Origin: Calcarisporiella thermophila CBS 279.70
Taxonomy: Eukaryota > Fungi > Calcarisporiellomycota
Direction: 5' to 3'
DNA: 64,000 bases
NCBI RefSeq assembly: GCF_041956535.1
Contig: NW_027192203.1
Location: 493,406-557,405, forward strand
Positions 37,038-49,459 of the stretch are shown in pieces; positions within the stretch are counted from its first letter, which is position 1; each line of letters begins with the position of its first letter. The notes under the pieces are model-generated. The model saw only the letters and a list, made by a program, of their open reading frames with translations, made no database searches and had not been told where the DNA came from. The position numbers and the translations under genes were made by a program.

Positions 37038-37239
37038 TATTGTATCCATTTTTTCTTCTACTTTGTGTTCCTTTTCTTTGAATTTCGTTTGTATTCTATT
37101 AGTGCTGTCTTCCTTCGATATAGTGTTTGAAAATACCCATTACATTCATTCATACTTGTGTTGGTGGATTGAACTAGCCCACAGTGTATTTTGAGGATGC
37201 TGGTGCGGATGATGTGTTGAAAATATATATATTTCTTTC

Positions 37240-37300
37240 TGTCTCTCTCTCTCACTTCTCCCCCCCCCCTCCCCTCCTCCTCCTCCTCCTCCTCCTCCTT
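37240..37300 (+). repeat. (CT)n, poly-C and (CCT)n microsatellite in the bZIP 3' region
   Basis: Directly visible simple repeats. Confidence 0.8.
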
Positions 37301-40242
37301 TCTTCTTGTGTTTTATTTGTTTTGTGATTGCTTGCTTTATTGGTTTTCTTTCATACATTTCGTTTATCTTTGTACATAGTAAAAAATGGATTTGACTCGA
37401 GACAATAAGAATCTGGCAGCTCTTGCTTTAACCTTTGCGCTTAAATTGACGTTCTCCTGACCTCCTTCCCCTACTGACACCGCATCTAAACTTGCCAGCC
37501 TGTACAACTCTAACTCTCCATCAACACCGTTGTTTGGTTAGTCATTGACGCTTATTTAACTAAGAGTTGTGGGAGGTCAGAGGGAGGAGATTGGGAAGAG
37601 ATCCTTTTAGTTTAGCTCTGTCTTAATCGTGGGTGATGAGAAAAATCTTATTTCAAAACCTTGTTAACCTCCGAGATCACCTGGGCGGGTTGGCCGGTCT
37701 CTTTGCGGCCGACCATGAGGGGGAGAGAGTTTGCGGAGTAGGGTTGTAGCTTTATTACACTTGCCGTGGTGGGCCTTGGCTGCTGTTTTTGTGTTTGGTT
37801 ACCTTGTGCCCACCTTCATTTTATCTAATCGGTCGCTTCGCCATCCCTCTACGGCGTTGCGCGGACGAACTCAAGCTACAAACCATGAGCCCTGAGAGAC
37901 GGGGCGAGAGGTATATCGGCCGCTTGGTACGCTGAGGTGAGGAGAGCAGAGAAGGGGGAGAGGCCACAAAAGAAAAAACCGCAGGGTGGATGGAAGAGGG
38001 AAAGGCCGCAAAGAAGTTTGGCCGTGCTCGTGCCATGAAGAGGTTTCATTTGAGTTTGCAGAATCACGAGGCCCTGTATTGATTTTACCACTTTGACGGC
38101 CCACACTCAAGCTATTCTATAAAGAATATGTTTTCCCGGGTATTCAAGCTCCCTTCCCATCCAGCAAAACCTAACTCCCCGCGGCAATATCTTTCTTCCC
38201 TGGCGAGATGGGCAACGTGATAGGAAACCATGCCCGCAGCGTTCTGCGGGACCGTTTGGTCCATGTTTCGCCGGAATCGACCTCTTCCTCACCATTGATA
38301 AGAGGCGGACCCGAGATAGGGATGTATAAGCGTACCGCCCAGGTGCAACTCTTGTGCTCATTAAATTTATCAGCTTCGATGAGATGGAATGGGATGTAGA
38401 CGTGCTAAGCTTGCTGGCGTCAACCATCCTCAATAGTGGGCGGGCTCCATCCCAGGCCGAATTTCCTAGAGAACATTCGCCTTAGCGGACTTCGGGCGAT
38501 TCGCAAGTGGGTGCCATGTTGCCCACCTCCTAAATAAGGGCTCATTGGAAATGACAACGAGCGAAATTTCCGCTTGGATTTTTTGCCACCGAATTTTAAA
38601 CCAAAATCAAAAGAAAACGGGTTTTTCTCGTTCATCACGCCTGCGATAGTAGGGATGAAGATCCCGACTGATGCACCAAATCACTGGACGCATACTCCGA
38701 TCCACGGAGACTGTAGGGAATGGCGACGGGCACGACCGCAAGGAAGTCCTCGTCAAGGGAGATGTTCTTGAAAAAAAAAAGAGGACCGATGAACAGGGAA
38801 GCCATGGAATATATATTCATTTCCCTTTAGATGGGCGATCTTGGTTAAAATGAATAAAATCAATAAATATACGTACTCACATAGAAAAGAAAGCCCCTCA
38901 ATTAATAAACTCTCCCGTATACTGTATGTAATATTGACTGCATTAAATCCGTCATTTTATCTGTGCTTGCAGCACAACTCTAATTTTCCGCATATACCTC
39001 ACAGGATAGACATAGGGTCCCCGTCATCGATTCTATGTGGAATACCAAACCAAACCACCTACCAACTGAAGTCATCCCACAAGCCGATCTTTGTCTTGGC
39101 CACGCAAAGGATAACCGCCGGCTATGCCAGCACCCATGGGAATTTCGCCTTGACAAGTTGGCAGGAGCCATGGGACGGGACTCTTCCTCTCCCGGCGGCC
39201 TTCGTCGCCGAGGCAATCTCAAGCAACCAGGAAATAGCATCGTCGCTAAGGAACTGGTTCCCCAGGATGAATATCACTTCATTTCTGTACTAAAAGAAAT
39301 AATTGCATTGATTACTTGTCGCAAAAAGGAAGGCAAAGGGTTCCCGGGACTCCAGGTCTATGCACATTTCGCTAAAGTGCATGGCCTCGAAGAGGAATCA
39401 TCGAGGAGCAATCATTCAGACGGTTTAATTTCGAAACTGGACTCTGGAATAGTTTTTCAAGTTGACGGCTGCGTAGAGCAACTGGGCTTCATAACCACCC
39501 TCCACCCCCTCCCATACCCGTCCAGGGCCAACTGAGCCATCGCAAACCTTGTTTTTGTAAAAAAAAGTAATTTAAAAAAAGCGGATGGAAGTAATAGAAA
39601 GCTACATACGGTGGCAAAAAGGAATCGAAGAGGTCGGGAGGATGCCAAAAGGAGCAATATTAAACCCCCGTTGGCCTTTGAAAAACGTTTTGGTAAGCAG
39701 ATGCTCTGGGGGGAAAACCGGTTCTCCGCTCTGAAATGAAAGGGAAATGAAAACACAACTCAACAAGCCGCAGTCACGCTAATGCACGAAAAAATTACCA
39801 GCGACTGAACGAAAAGCAGCTGGTGATAAACACATTTATAAACGGCCAAATGTCTCCTCATGTAGATGCATCATTTGGTCTCTTTAGTTATTATCCTGGT
39901 GATTTTTGGGTTCATATTCTTTTTAAACAAAGGGCAACAAGCATTCTTCTTCCCCCTTCTGTTTCCTCTTCTTTTTTGTTGTTTGCAACCCAAAACATCA
40001 CCCCCTTCACTCTCTTTCATCATTAAAATCAGTGTGTATCATTCTTTTTCTTTCTTTCATCTCTATTACCCTCCCCCCCCCCCTAATCCATCTCCTGTGA
40101 AAATAAACAAAAGTACCCCCACTATCCTTTACTCAATAATCCCACTTAGTTTCCCCTTAATAGTGTTGAAGTTTTTTTTATTCTCTCCTCACTCAACACG
40201 TAATCCTCTAATTCCCAAAAAAAGCACTAATTGGCATCCCTT

Positions 40243-41349
40243 ATGGCTCCGACCCTCTTCAAGAGATTACCCTTCAACTACGAGAACGTCACCGAGGACA
40301 CACTCTTCTGCGACTGGCGGATAACGGCGGATGAGTGTTTTGGAGGGCAGGCCGTGGCCTACATGTACCTCGCCCATCTGGTCTTCTGTATCATGTTTGT
40401 GTTCGTGTGCGGCTACATCCTCTTCGACCGGATCGTGCGGCGCCGCTTGAGGTTCTACGAGTGGAATACCCGCGAGATGGCGTTCTACCCCAAACCCACC
40501 GAGATGTTCGTCCTGATGGCCATGATCTTCTTCGTCCTGCGCGCGGCGCTGGCCATCAACGTCTTCGCCAACCTCTCGGGCGACAATATGACGGCTCGCG
40601 AGAGCTGGGGCAACGTTGCATGGCCATTTGCCGCGGCGGCCATCGTGTTCTACCTCACCGGGCTGATCTTCGCCACCCCCCACAGCTACAGCGACATCGA
40701 GCTCAGCAGCTCCGGCACCCCCTTCCTGCCCACACCCTCCCAGCTCACCGCCATCATGTTCACCCTGGTGTCCCTGCCCTTCCTGCTCAACCAGGGGCTC
40801 GCCATCGCCGCCGGGTTTGCCTACGACAAGGGCGACATCGAGGGGCACAACAACTTCGTCACCGGGCTCTATCTCATGTGGGCCGTCTTCATCGTCGTCA
40901 TGTTCTCCTTCTACATCTTCTTCGGCCGCCAGCTCATTGTGATCCTGGCCCGCAACATTGAGGCCATTCAGGCCAGCACCCGCTACGACTCCGCCAACTG
41001 CTCCTCCTCCGGCCTCAAGAGCATGAAAAATAACGTCTACACCCACCGCCTCAACGAGATCAAGGAGAGCTACCGCAAAATCCGCGGAACCGTGATGATC
41101 ATTGTGATTTTGATGCCCGTCGTGTTGATTGTGACCCTGTCGATGACCTTCTTCCGCGTCTATATTATGCGCAACCACACGCTTAGGTAAGCCGACCCCC
41201 TCGGAACCTTCCATCTCACCGTGCATCCCACACGGATGACTAACCCGAGTCTTTGTTCTAGCTATGTGTTCGCCCTGATGTGGATCAATGCCACCGCTTT
41301 CACAGTGGCCGTGTCGGTAGTTCTGATGGGCTTGAGCCGTAAGAAGTAA
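40243..41349 (+). CDS. Seven-transmembrane (GPCR-like) protein of unknown family
   Basis: Seven hydrophobic segments after splicing out the intron at about 41187-41261; N-terminal CDWR....C; long polar loop between TM5 and TM6; strong C/G third-position bias. Confidence 0.8.
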
Positions 41350-41908
41350 TTTCTAATTTTTCCCCCTCCCCCTCCTTCGACAGGAGGCACTCCCCCCCCC
41401 CTTTTAATTTCTCAGCTCCCCCACAGTTGATATCATTTTGGCCCCGTCTATTGTTTTTCTCCTGCCCTCTCACCCCCTTATTTTTTTCCGGGTCAAAGTG
41501 CCTTTCCTCTCCTTTACTTTCTTTTCTGCCCCTTAGGAATATTAATGTGGTAATCGCTGTTTAATATGTAAAATTCGCCTTCTTACTCGTACTTGTTCCG
41601 CGGGTGAGCCTTTGAATGATTCTTTTCTTTTATATACTTTCATTTCATTGTACTATTTTATTCATACTCTGGCATTTGGCATAAAGCATTACACTAACAA
41701 TACATGGGAAAAAAAATAAAAAAAAAGCACGGTAACGGCCTCGAAAAAACGAGTGTTGAGATTTCATTTTCCACTCGAACCCTATATTAAACCTATGTGC
41801 TGGAGAATGCGGGGGGGAATTAGGTGCAATCGGGATTTCGGTCAAGGGTTTTGCACATTACCTTAGGGATCATCCATAAAACAAATAATGAGTAAAGCAA
41901 CATGGTCC

Positions 41909-44476
41909 TTATTCTTCATGGGCATGAAGTCGGTCTTGGTTCCCTGACATCACGGCGTCCAGTGCCTGTTTCCCACTTGGCACTATGCTCCGTGCTTGCT
42001 CTTTTATTTTGGTCATCTGCTCATCCAGTTTCTTCATCACGGATGTTAAGCCATCCATAAGGGTACGCTCGAGGTGACTTCGGACGGTCGCCTGCACAAT
42101 CGGGCGCAGGATGGTGTAGAAAAAGTCGTTCTTGGTGTCGTGCATGCGCAGCTTGAGGTCATGCAGGGTGACATCGGCCCGAACAACTCGGAAGGTGCTC
42201 TCGGGATCGGTTTCCGAGGCGGGAGTGAGGGTAAGATCAAGGGTGAGGCCATCTCCAGGAATAATGATATCGACATAGCCAACCTACACGATGGGGAAGG
42301 AGCAAGAGATATTGGCATGAGATGAAACACAACCGAAAAAGAAAAAAGAAAACCCAAAGAGCGAGCTTACATCGGTCATTTTAGGGAAGCCGGACTTCTT
42401 TGCGTAATAGAATGCAATATCTTTGGCCTCCAAGTTCAAGTTCTCTCTATAGGCATAGGGGTCGGATTCAGCAATGTCTACTTCCACAAACAGGGGAGAA
42501 CACTCACATCTTAATATGCGCATGGCTCAAGAGTCGCACCTCGCCCTTTCGCTCCAGCTGGTTTGTCTCCAAATTGCGCTGCAGGGTAGGCAGGGCGAGG
42601 GAGGTATGCGTGTCCACGGCCATATGTCGTGGGATCATGCTTGAGCAGCGTAGAACAACGTTGTCAAAAATATAGTGGTAGTCGTCGTTCTCACTGTAGC
42701 AGAGAGAATACAATTATCATGTTAGCGCATCCACAAAGGGTTTCCGGCGATAAAGCAAAAAACAGTACCCTTCAATGCGGGGCAGAGGCAGCCACTCCAG
42801 CTTTTCCCCAAGGATGTAGAGAACTTGGGCAAAGTCTTTCAGGAGCCCGTACTTGAGGGTGGGTTTCCCATCGGCATCCAGTAGCACGTCCTTGATCAAC
42901 GTCTCGAAATCGGCACGCCACTCGCTCGTGGTCTTATCATGGGTGAGTGCGTCCGTGAAGTCTCGCGCCTCGGCCACAATCTTTTCGATCTGCTCGCGGT
43001 AGTTTTTGGAGAAGAGACGCTGACTACGATCGAACAAATCCTCGCCCTCGCGCTGCAACTTGTCCGACTGCAAATACTTGGTGTCACGAGCCGCGTGATT
43101 CAGATAGGCAGCCGCGTCGTTCAAGAAGCGATGCAGCTTTTTATCTTCGGCAGCCTTTTCGGCCAGCACCTGGCAAGCTTCAATCAGCGGGTCCAGACTC
43201 TTGTTGCTTGCGAAGCGCTCCATGAGCTCCTTGGCGCTCTCCGTCGCCTTTTGGAGCGACTCGCCCTCCCTCCTCCCAGCGCGCTCCGCCGCGCTCTTCA
43301 GCTGTTCTCTCATCTGTGCTCCTCGGTTCCCCAGCTGGCGTATGATCTCCACCAAATCATCCAAAGTGCTCTGGTATTCGCTCGTCTTTTGTACAGAGAG
43401 CATCAGTTGCTTGAACCGCTCGATGAGCCGCCGTTGCTGCTCCTCGGGAACGTGAAGCCCCTCCACGCCGCGTTTGGCGGCGTCCGCAGCCTGCTGACCC
43501 AGATTTTGGGCTGCCTCGGTGGCTGATTGCTTTCCCTCCGAATATTTCTGGAACTGAGCCTGCGCTGCATTTGCTCCCTTCTTGCCGACCTTGTCTGCCG
43601 CACCGCGTGCCGTATCTGCCGTCTCTCTCAGCGCCTCTTCCGGACTCATTTCTCCACTCGCCCCCTTCGCTCCTTTTCCCGCGGGCTTGCTCCCACCCTC
43701 GTGCTGCTCAGACACGCTCATCTGGATGGCTTCTTGGACAATTTGCTGCAGATCAAAGATCAGTCTGCGGAATTGCGGGGAGGTGATCATCATGCGCGCA
43801 ATCCGCATTGCCTTGTCACCTGCTTCGGCCGCGAGCGCCTGGGCATCCTGGGCTCCTTTGTGGAGGGGTTCGGTCGACACCTTACTCTGTGCGCTTCCTA
43901 CACAACGGGTAAAAAAAAGTCGAAACAATTCACGGTGAGACTGAACATTATCGGGCCAGAAAATGAACTCGCTCTACATACGTGCAGCCTCGTTCATGCC
44001 CTTCGTTCCATAGAACAGAACCTTTTGCAGGTTATCACCTTCGTTCTTCTCCTCGAGCATTTTCTTGGTTGACTCCATCCTACACGCCAGAGAGTCAACC
44101 ATTCAGTTCTCCACTCTGGAAACTAGCAATATCAAAAACTTAATAAACTTACAATTTTTCTGCATCCGCAGCCACCTTTTTCCCCAGCGGGGTCATGTCT
44201 TTTGCTATCTCATGGATGGCGCCGCTCTGCTGTATCTCGTCGATTTTGCTGGTTATCTGCCCGGTCGACGGCATTTCTCCGCGTCTAGATGAGAGGGAGA
44301 GAACATAGGGGGGTTAATTCCACTTCCAGGCGGGTAGGCAGGAATGTTTTCTTATTGGAATTAGTTTACTTGGCGCTCTCGACTGCGTGTTCCACGTCGA
44401 GCCGGCGCTGAAGCGCCTCTTCGCGTGCCTGCCTGTCGAGCTCTTCCTGCTTTGCTTTGTTAGACGATCCGAACAT
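41909..44476 (-). CDS. DUF4449/DUF5923 (HAM1-like) helical protein with a BPI-like C-terminal beta region
   Basis: LPLPRIEG/SENDDYHYIFDNVVL, AKDIAFYYAKKSGFPKMTD, HDTKNDFFYTILRPIV; multi-exon; start MFGSSNKAK. Confidence 0.7.
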
Positions 44477-44612
44477 GGAGGGAATTGAAAGTGCGTTTAG
44501 TTACTCAGTGAAATGGAGAGTGTGTAGGATGGAGAAGAAAAAGAAGAACGGTAAAGAGAGTCGATAAGAAGACTTCCGGTCGAAAAAGGAAATCCTACCG
44601 TACTCCCTTGCT

Positions 44613-44719
44613 CTTTATATGTCAGGCGTAAGTTGTGCTCTAGGCGTTGAGTTGAGCAGATCGGCGATTACTATTCTAAAATTAATATACAGCCGGTGGC
44701 AAATGTTTCGGTGACGTCA
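44613..44719 (-). promoter_or_regulatory. TATA box and CRE (TGACGTCA) upstream of the HAM1-like gene
   Basis: ATATAAAG on the minus strand at 44613-44620; TGACGTCA at 44712-44719. Confidence 0.45.
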
Positions 44720-45188
44720 AGAGCCATTAAGGAAATTCGAATCCAGTCCGTAGGAGAATTAGCTGGAAAGGGGCGATGGAAGAAAACTGCTTCCAAGGAG
44801 AATTGGCCTTTACCTATAGTGCAGTGGATGGCACGCCATCTCCTCCCCCATGGATGTCGAAAGGTCATGGAAATGCAATGAGGCGTGTAGCTGCATAGCA
44901 GGCACCTGTCATCCCAAAGAGAGTCGACATCAGAGTCGATATTGAAGAGTTAGCTGAAAATTTCGGAGTTAGAGTCGCAGAGGAGCTTTTGCCTTGCTGG
45001 TGCCAAGGAAACTAATTTCCAGAAGGCGGTATAGACTTTCCGTTTATATTTGGGTTGGACTGGATGCACCATTGGTACTTTTTATTTTTCAAGCATCACG
45101 GCGTCTGCAATCTGTTTTCGTTACAGAATGCGATATGATTCTACGAGATGGATCTTTGGTTTTCGAAAAACAAAGCCCCTTCTGCTGC

Positions 45189-45752
45189 NNNNNNNNNNNN
45201 NNNNNNNNNNNNNNNNNNNNNNNNNNNNNNNNNNNNNNNNNNNNNNNNNNNNNNNNNNNNNNNNNNNNNNNNNNNNNNNNNNNNNNNNNNNNNNNNNNNN
45301 NNNNNNNNNNNNNNNNNNNNNNNNNNNNNNNNNNNNNNNNNNNNNNNNNNNNNNNNNNNNNNNNNNNNNNNNNNNNNNNNNNNNNNNNNNNNNNNNNNNN
45401 NNNNNNNNNNNNNNNNNNNNNNNNNNNNNNNNNNNNNNNNNNNNNNNNNNNNNNNNNNNNNNNNNNNNNNNNNNNNNNNNNNNNNNNNNNNNNNNNNNNN
45501 NNNNNNNNNNNNNNNNNNNNNNNNNNNNNNNNNNNNNNNNNNNNNNNNNNNNNNNNNNNNNNNNNNNNNNNNNNNNNNNNNNNNNNNNNNNNNNNNNNNN
45601 NNNNNNNNNNNNNNNNNNNNNNNNNNNNNNNNNNNNNNNNNNNNNNNNNNNNNNNNNNNNNNNNNNNNNNNNNNNNNNNNNNNNNNNNNNNNNNNNNNNN
45701 NNNNNNNNNNNNNNNNNNNNNNNNNNNNNNNNNNNNNNNNNNNNNNNNNNNN
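45189..45752. other. Scaffold gap (N run) flanked by an identical 55-bp direct repeat
   Basis: 45134-45188 is identical to 45753-45807. Confidence 0.95.
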
Positions 45753-46134
45753 TATGATTCTACGAGATGGATCTTTGGTTTTCGAAAAACAAAGCCCCTT
45801 CTGCTGCGTATTGAGCCTCCCGCCGAATCGGCCAAGCTTGTTCCAGGCTTCCGTCAAAAATGGGGTTATTCTATTTGGTGGAGCACTTTGTCGCCATAGG
45901 AGAAGGAAAAAAAATTCAGTGTTGTTAATAAACAGAACTCTATATACACATAAAGAAAAATATAAAAAGTGTAGGAAGGTCAGGTTAAAATAAAAGTTCG
46001 TTTCAAAATAAAAAAGAATCCATATAACAATACAACCAAGAATAAAAAAAGGATTTACGGTAATTTGAGTTGAGATAAATACACAAAATGAGGGAAAGTA
46101 AACATATATATATATATAACATTAAGGAAGATAT

Positions 46135-48242
46135 CTACCAATCCTTATCGTCGCCCTCGTAATGCAGTGTCACTGTGTATGAATATATATCCAAAGATGA
46201 ATGCCCCTGTTCGCCAGAGTGCGGGGAGAGAAAAAAATTACCTGAGTTAAACTCTCCAAATGGATTGGTGCCATCCTCGTCCTCCGAAACGCACAGCGTC
46301 TCCGATTCTATATCCAAACTAAAACTATCGTGCATAGTCCTCATCTGTAATTCCTCGTCCAGACTTGGTACAATGGGAGGGGTGATGTGTCGCAGGAGAG
46401 CCCAGTTGATTGGCTTGAAGAAGGAATGCGCCTTTATATCTGCGGCGCCAGCGCGACATCCTAAACGGCGATGCTCGTCCTTGTGGAGAAGTTTGCAAAT
46501 AAGATTTTTGCACGTACTGCAGAAATAGGGTGAAGGGTCAGTGAATACGGAGAAAGGGAGAATAACCAGGATGGATCTTAGGAATAGATACCTTGAAATA
46601 GGCTGGAGGCCAAGATGATCAGGGAAAAATACGTCGCTGCGCAGGATGTTGGTAAAGGTCGCATTCCTATTTGGCCCTTTGAAAGGGGTGGTCCCAAACT
46701 ACAGCATCATACATATGCACAATGTCATCACCAGGGTGTGGGCGAAAATGAAAAAAAAGGTCTCACTTACAAGCATTTCATAAATTAAGATGCCTAATGT
46801 CCACCAATCCACCGCACTAATCCCCGAAAAAAAAAGAATTATTATTTGGGATTTACTCAATTGCTTCAAGCAACATTACCTAGTATGTCCACATCCTTTG
46901 ATCACCTCAGGTGCAATGTACTCTTCTGTCCCCACGAACGAGTTTGTTCTCCAATTACCCACACAAGAACGGGTGTCAATGGCCGGTGCCTAAGGACAGA
47001 AGACGAGGCATGAGACAGTGTCCCTCTAGAGCCCTTAAGAAAAACACACATACCACCCCATAGGGCGAATTGCTTCGAACGATCGCAGGTGCGCCACTTG
47101 ACATGGATTGTTTTGAGAGATCGAAATCGGTAAGCATAATATGTCCAGTTTGGTGGAGTAGGATATTTTCTAGAGGTGGTGTTGAGCACAATTCTCTTGT
47201 TAATACCAGTTTCCCTAATGATGAATGCCACGCTTACCTGGTTTCAAATCACGATATATAAACCCATTGAGATGCAAGTACTCTAGCGCCGCAACCACTT
47301 CGGCCGTATAAAACCGAGCGTCCGGCTCCGAAAGACACTTCCCTTTTCTTGATTGCAACACTATCCACAGCGAAGTAGGTAAAGAAGACGCTAAATTGAA
47401 CAAACCAAAGGAAAAGCCATACCTCGGAAGAATTCGCCTCCCATACAGTATTCCATACACAAATATAAATATTTTTCGCTCTGAAATGAATGATAGAGAG
47501 TCACGACAAAGGGGTGATTGCTCGTGGCCAATATTTCCTATGCGAAAGGCAAAAGATCAATTAAAAGCTTCCTCCAAGCATGCAGGCTAATAGCTCGTAG
47601 CTCTACCTGTTCGGCCAGGACCCTCTTTACTTTGTTCCTCTTAATCATCTCTTTCTTGGAAAGCACTTTCATTGCATAGAGCTTATTGCTTCCCTTCCTC
47701 CGAACAAGGTACACCTTTCCCACGTCGCCCTTACCTAATAGCTTGACCTTTTGGAAACTGCTTGGTCCAACCTCCACCTTCTTCACCTTGATACTACTTG
47801 AGGAGTACGTGCGTCGAAAAGCGGGCGGAACGGCAAGACGATTCTGAGTTTCTTTTAGCGGATTGGCAAGCTCATTGGCATTGGGTACGGATGAAACCCT
47901 GCGGAGGGACTTGTGAATGTGATGAGTGGCGGGGATGGCAAGGAGACCATTGGATTTGGGTTCGACCCCTGCAATCTTGGTCTCAGGGTCGAGAGTTTTT
48001 TGAGGCAATGCATCATTGGTTATCATTGGTAAGGGTGACGAAGAGGCATCATCAACGCCGATGGCATTGCCCGGCTGAGGCGTCTGTCCTAGCCGGAAGA
48101 ACCAACGTAATCTCGAAGTCCACCCCCACGAAGAATAGGAAGCGGAGATGGGTGCTGCCTGCGGAGGGGGGGTATGGCTGAGAAGCGGAGGTTTTTCCAC
48201 CGCGAGCTTTTCGGCCGGTAGAAAGTCGTTGGAGGTCTCCAT
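46135..48242 (-). CDS. AGC Ser/Thr kinase of the Fpk1/Kin82/Nrc-2 (flippase kinase) group
   Basis: [37 protein letters not shown]; YRDLKPEN; LTDFDLSK; [15 protein letters not shown]; C-terminal [12 protein letters not shown]. Confidence 0.92.
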
Positions 48243-49459
48243 TTTCCCACCCTTGATTGTGAACTACAGGAACATGTAGGTAAGGGAAAAAAGAAAAAAC
48301 GAAAAACGGCCAGAGCCCAAAAAAAAAAAATGGAAAAGGATAATTTGGCCAATGCTTTTGATTCAAAATCGATTTGATTACAGAGCTCAACTGCTCACCT
48401 AAGGAGCTCGGAAGTAAGATCTAAAACCTTGCCTTGTGTCGTGCTAGTATTATTTAATCCCCACATTAATTCGGCACACTCTGATTATCGCAGAATTCAA
48501 AGGAGGGTCGTATCCGGGAAAGTTCCCAAAGCTAACTAATCACAAATATTGCCCGTTGTGATTGTTCAAGGATAATATGCTTGGAAAGGGCTTGCCCATA
48601 ATATGGGCAAGAGTCTAGAGCCCCTCCTTACTTTGGGAGAAGGGGGACAAGCGCTATAGTATCAGCCCCAGCTATATGCTTTGTGCTGGAGGGTTTGTAG
48701 CTCATTTTTAATCAGTCCTCGGCCACATCTACACTCGGAATGCAAGGCGAAAATCCTTTTGTTAGGCAGTTGCGAACTGCTCTCTACCGACGACTTATTA
48801 TGCTGTTAAACTCTCTCAAGCATATTTTTCTCAGTATGCCAAGCAGTTATTAATTTTCCACGCCCCAGGGCAATCCTTCAAGTGATGTGAAGTCAGCCAT
48901 TCTTGGTATCCCGTTCAAAAGCACTGCCCAGTTTCTCCGATAGATCCATTCTCTACTATCAGATTCGCTTGTAATGAGCTGGATATCTCATTCCTATATT
49001 CCGGAGGTAGCCAAGCCTACAGCTGTATTATAGAAAATTAGCCGATAATACATACTTAATTTCAGACTCTGATGATTTTTTGGGATTGGCCACTGTCTGG
49101 AGACCGGAGGTAAGTCGATGATTCCATCATTGCAGTGTCAGGCCAGAAATTAAGCTCCCGTATAGCTCCCATATTGGCAAAGAACTTAGTTGGCAATGGC
49201 CAAGAAATAAGCCCTCCAAGAATTAGGGCATAAGGTGGCTTATTAATATCGAATTTCTGACACTAACTCCAATAAGTGGCATGATTCTCTTCTCTTCAAT
49301 TTTAATCCAAGGAAAAATACCCAACTTGGACTATTTATTTAATACAGTATCAACAAGCGATTCTCTCCACTGCGAAATTTTCACTAATTTTGCTCACTGG
49401 TTGTCATCCTTCGAGCATTACCCATAGAAAGTTTCCCCATACACCCCCCCCCAAAAAAA

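Noticed and set aside
37631-37682. Possible C/D snoRNA (GTGATGA with a GGTGAT/ATCACC terminal stem)
   Set aside because: No canonical CTGA D box, too short, and no recognisable guide sequence
38841-39535. Overlapping 150-aa and 166-aa ORFs
   Set aside because: No recognisable domain, codon bias or splice context; cannot be supported without RNA data
40267-41226. 319-aa antisense ORF mirroring the 7TM gene
   Set aside because: In-register antisense shadow produced by extreme C/G third-position bias
44994-45993. Long ORFs spanning the N run
   Set aside because: Artefacts of translating Ns
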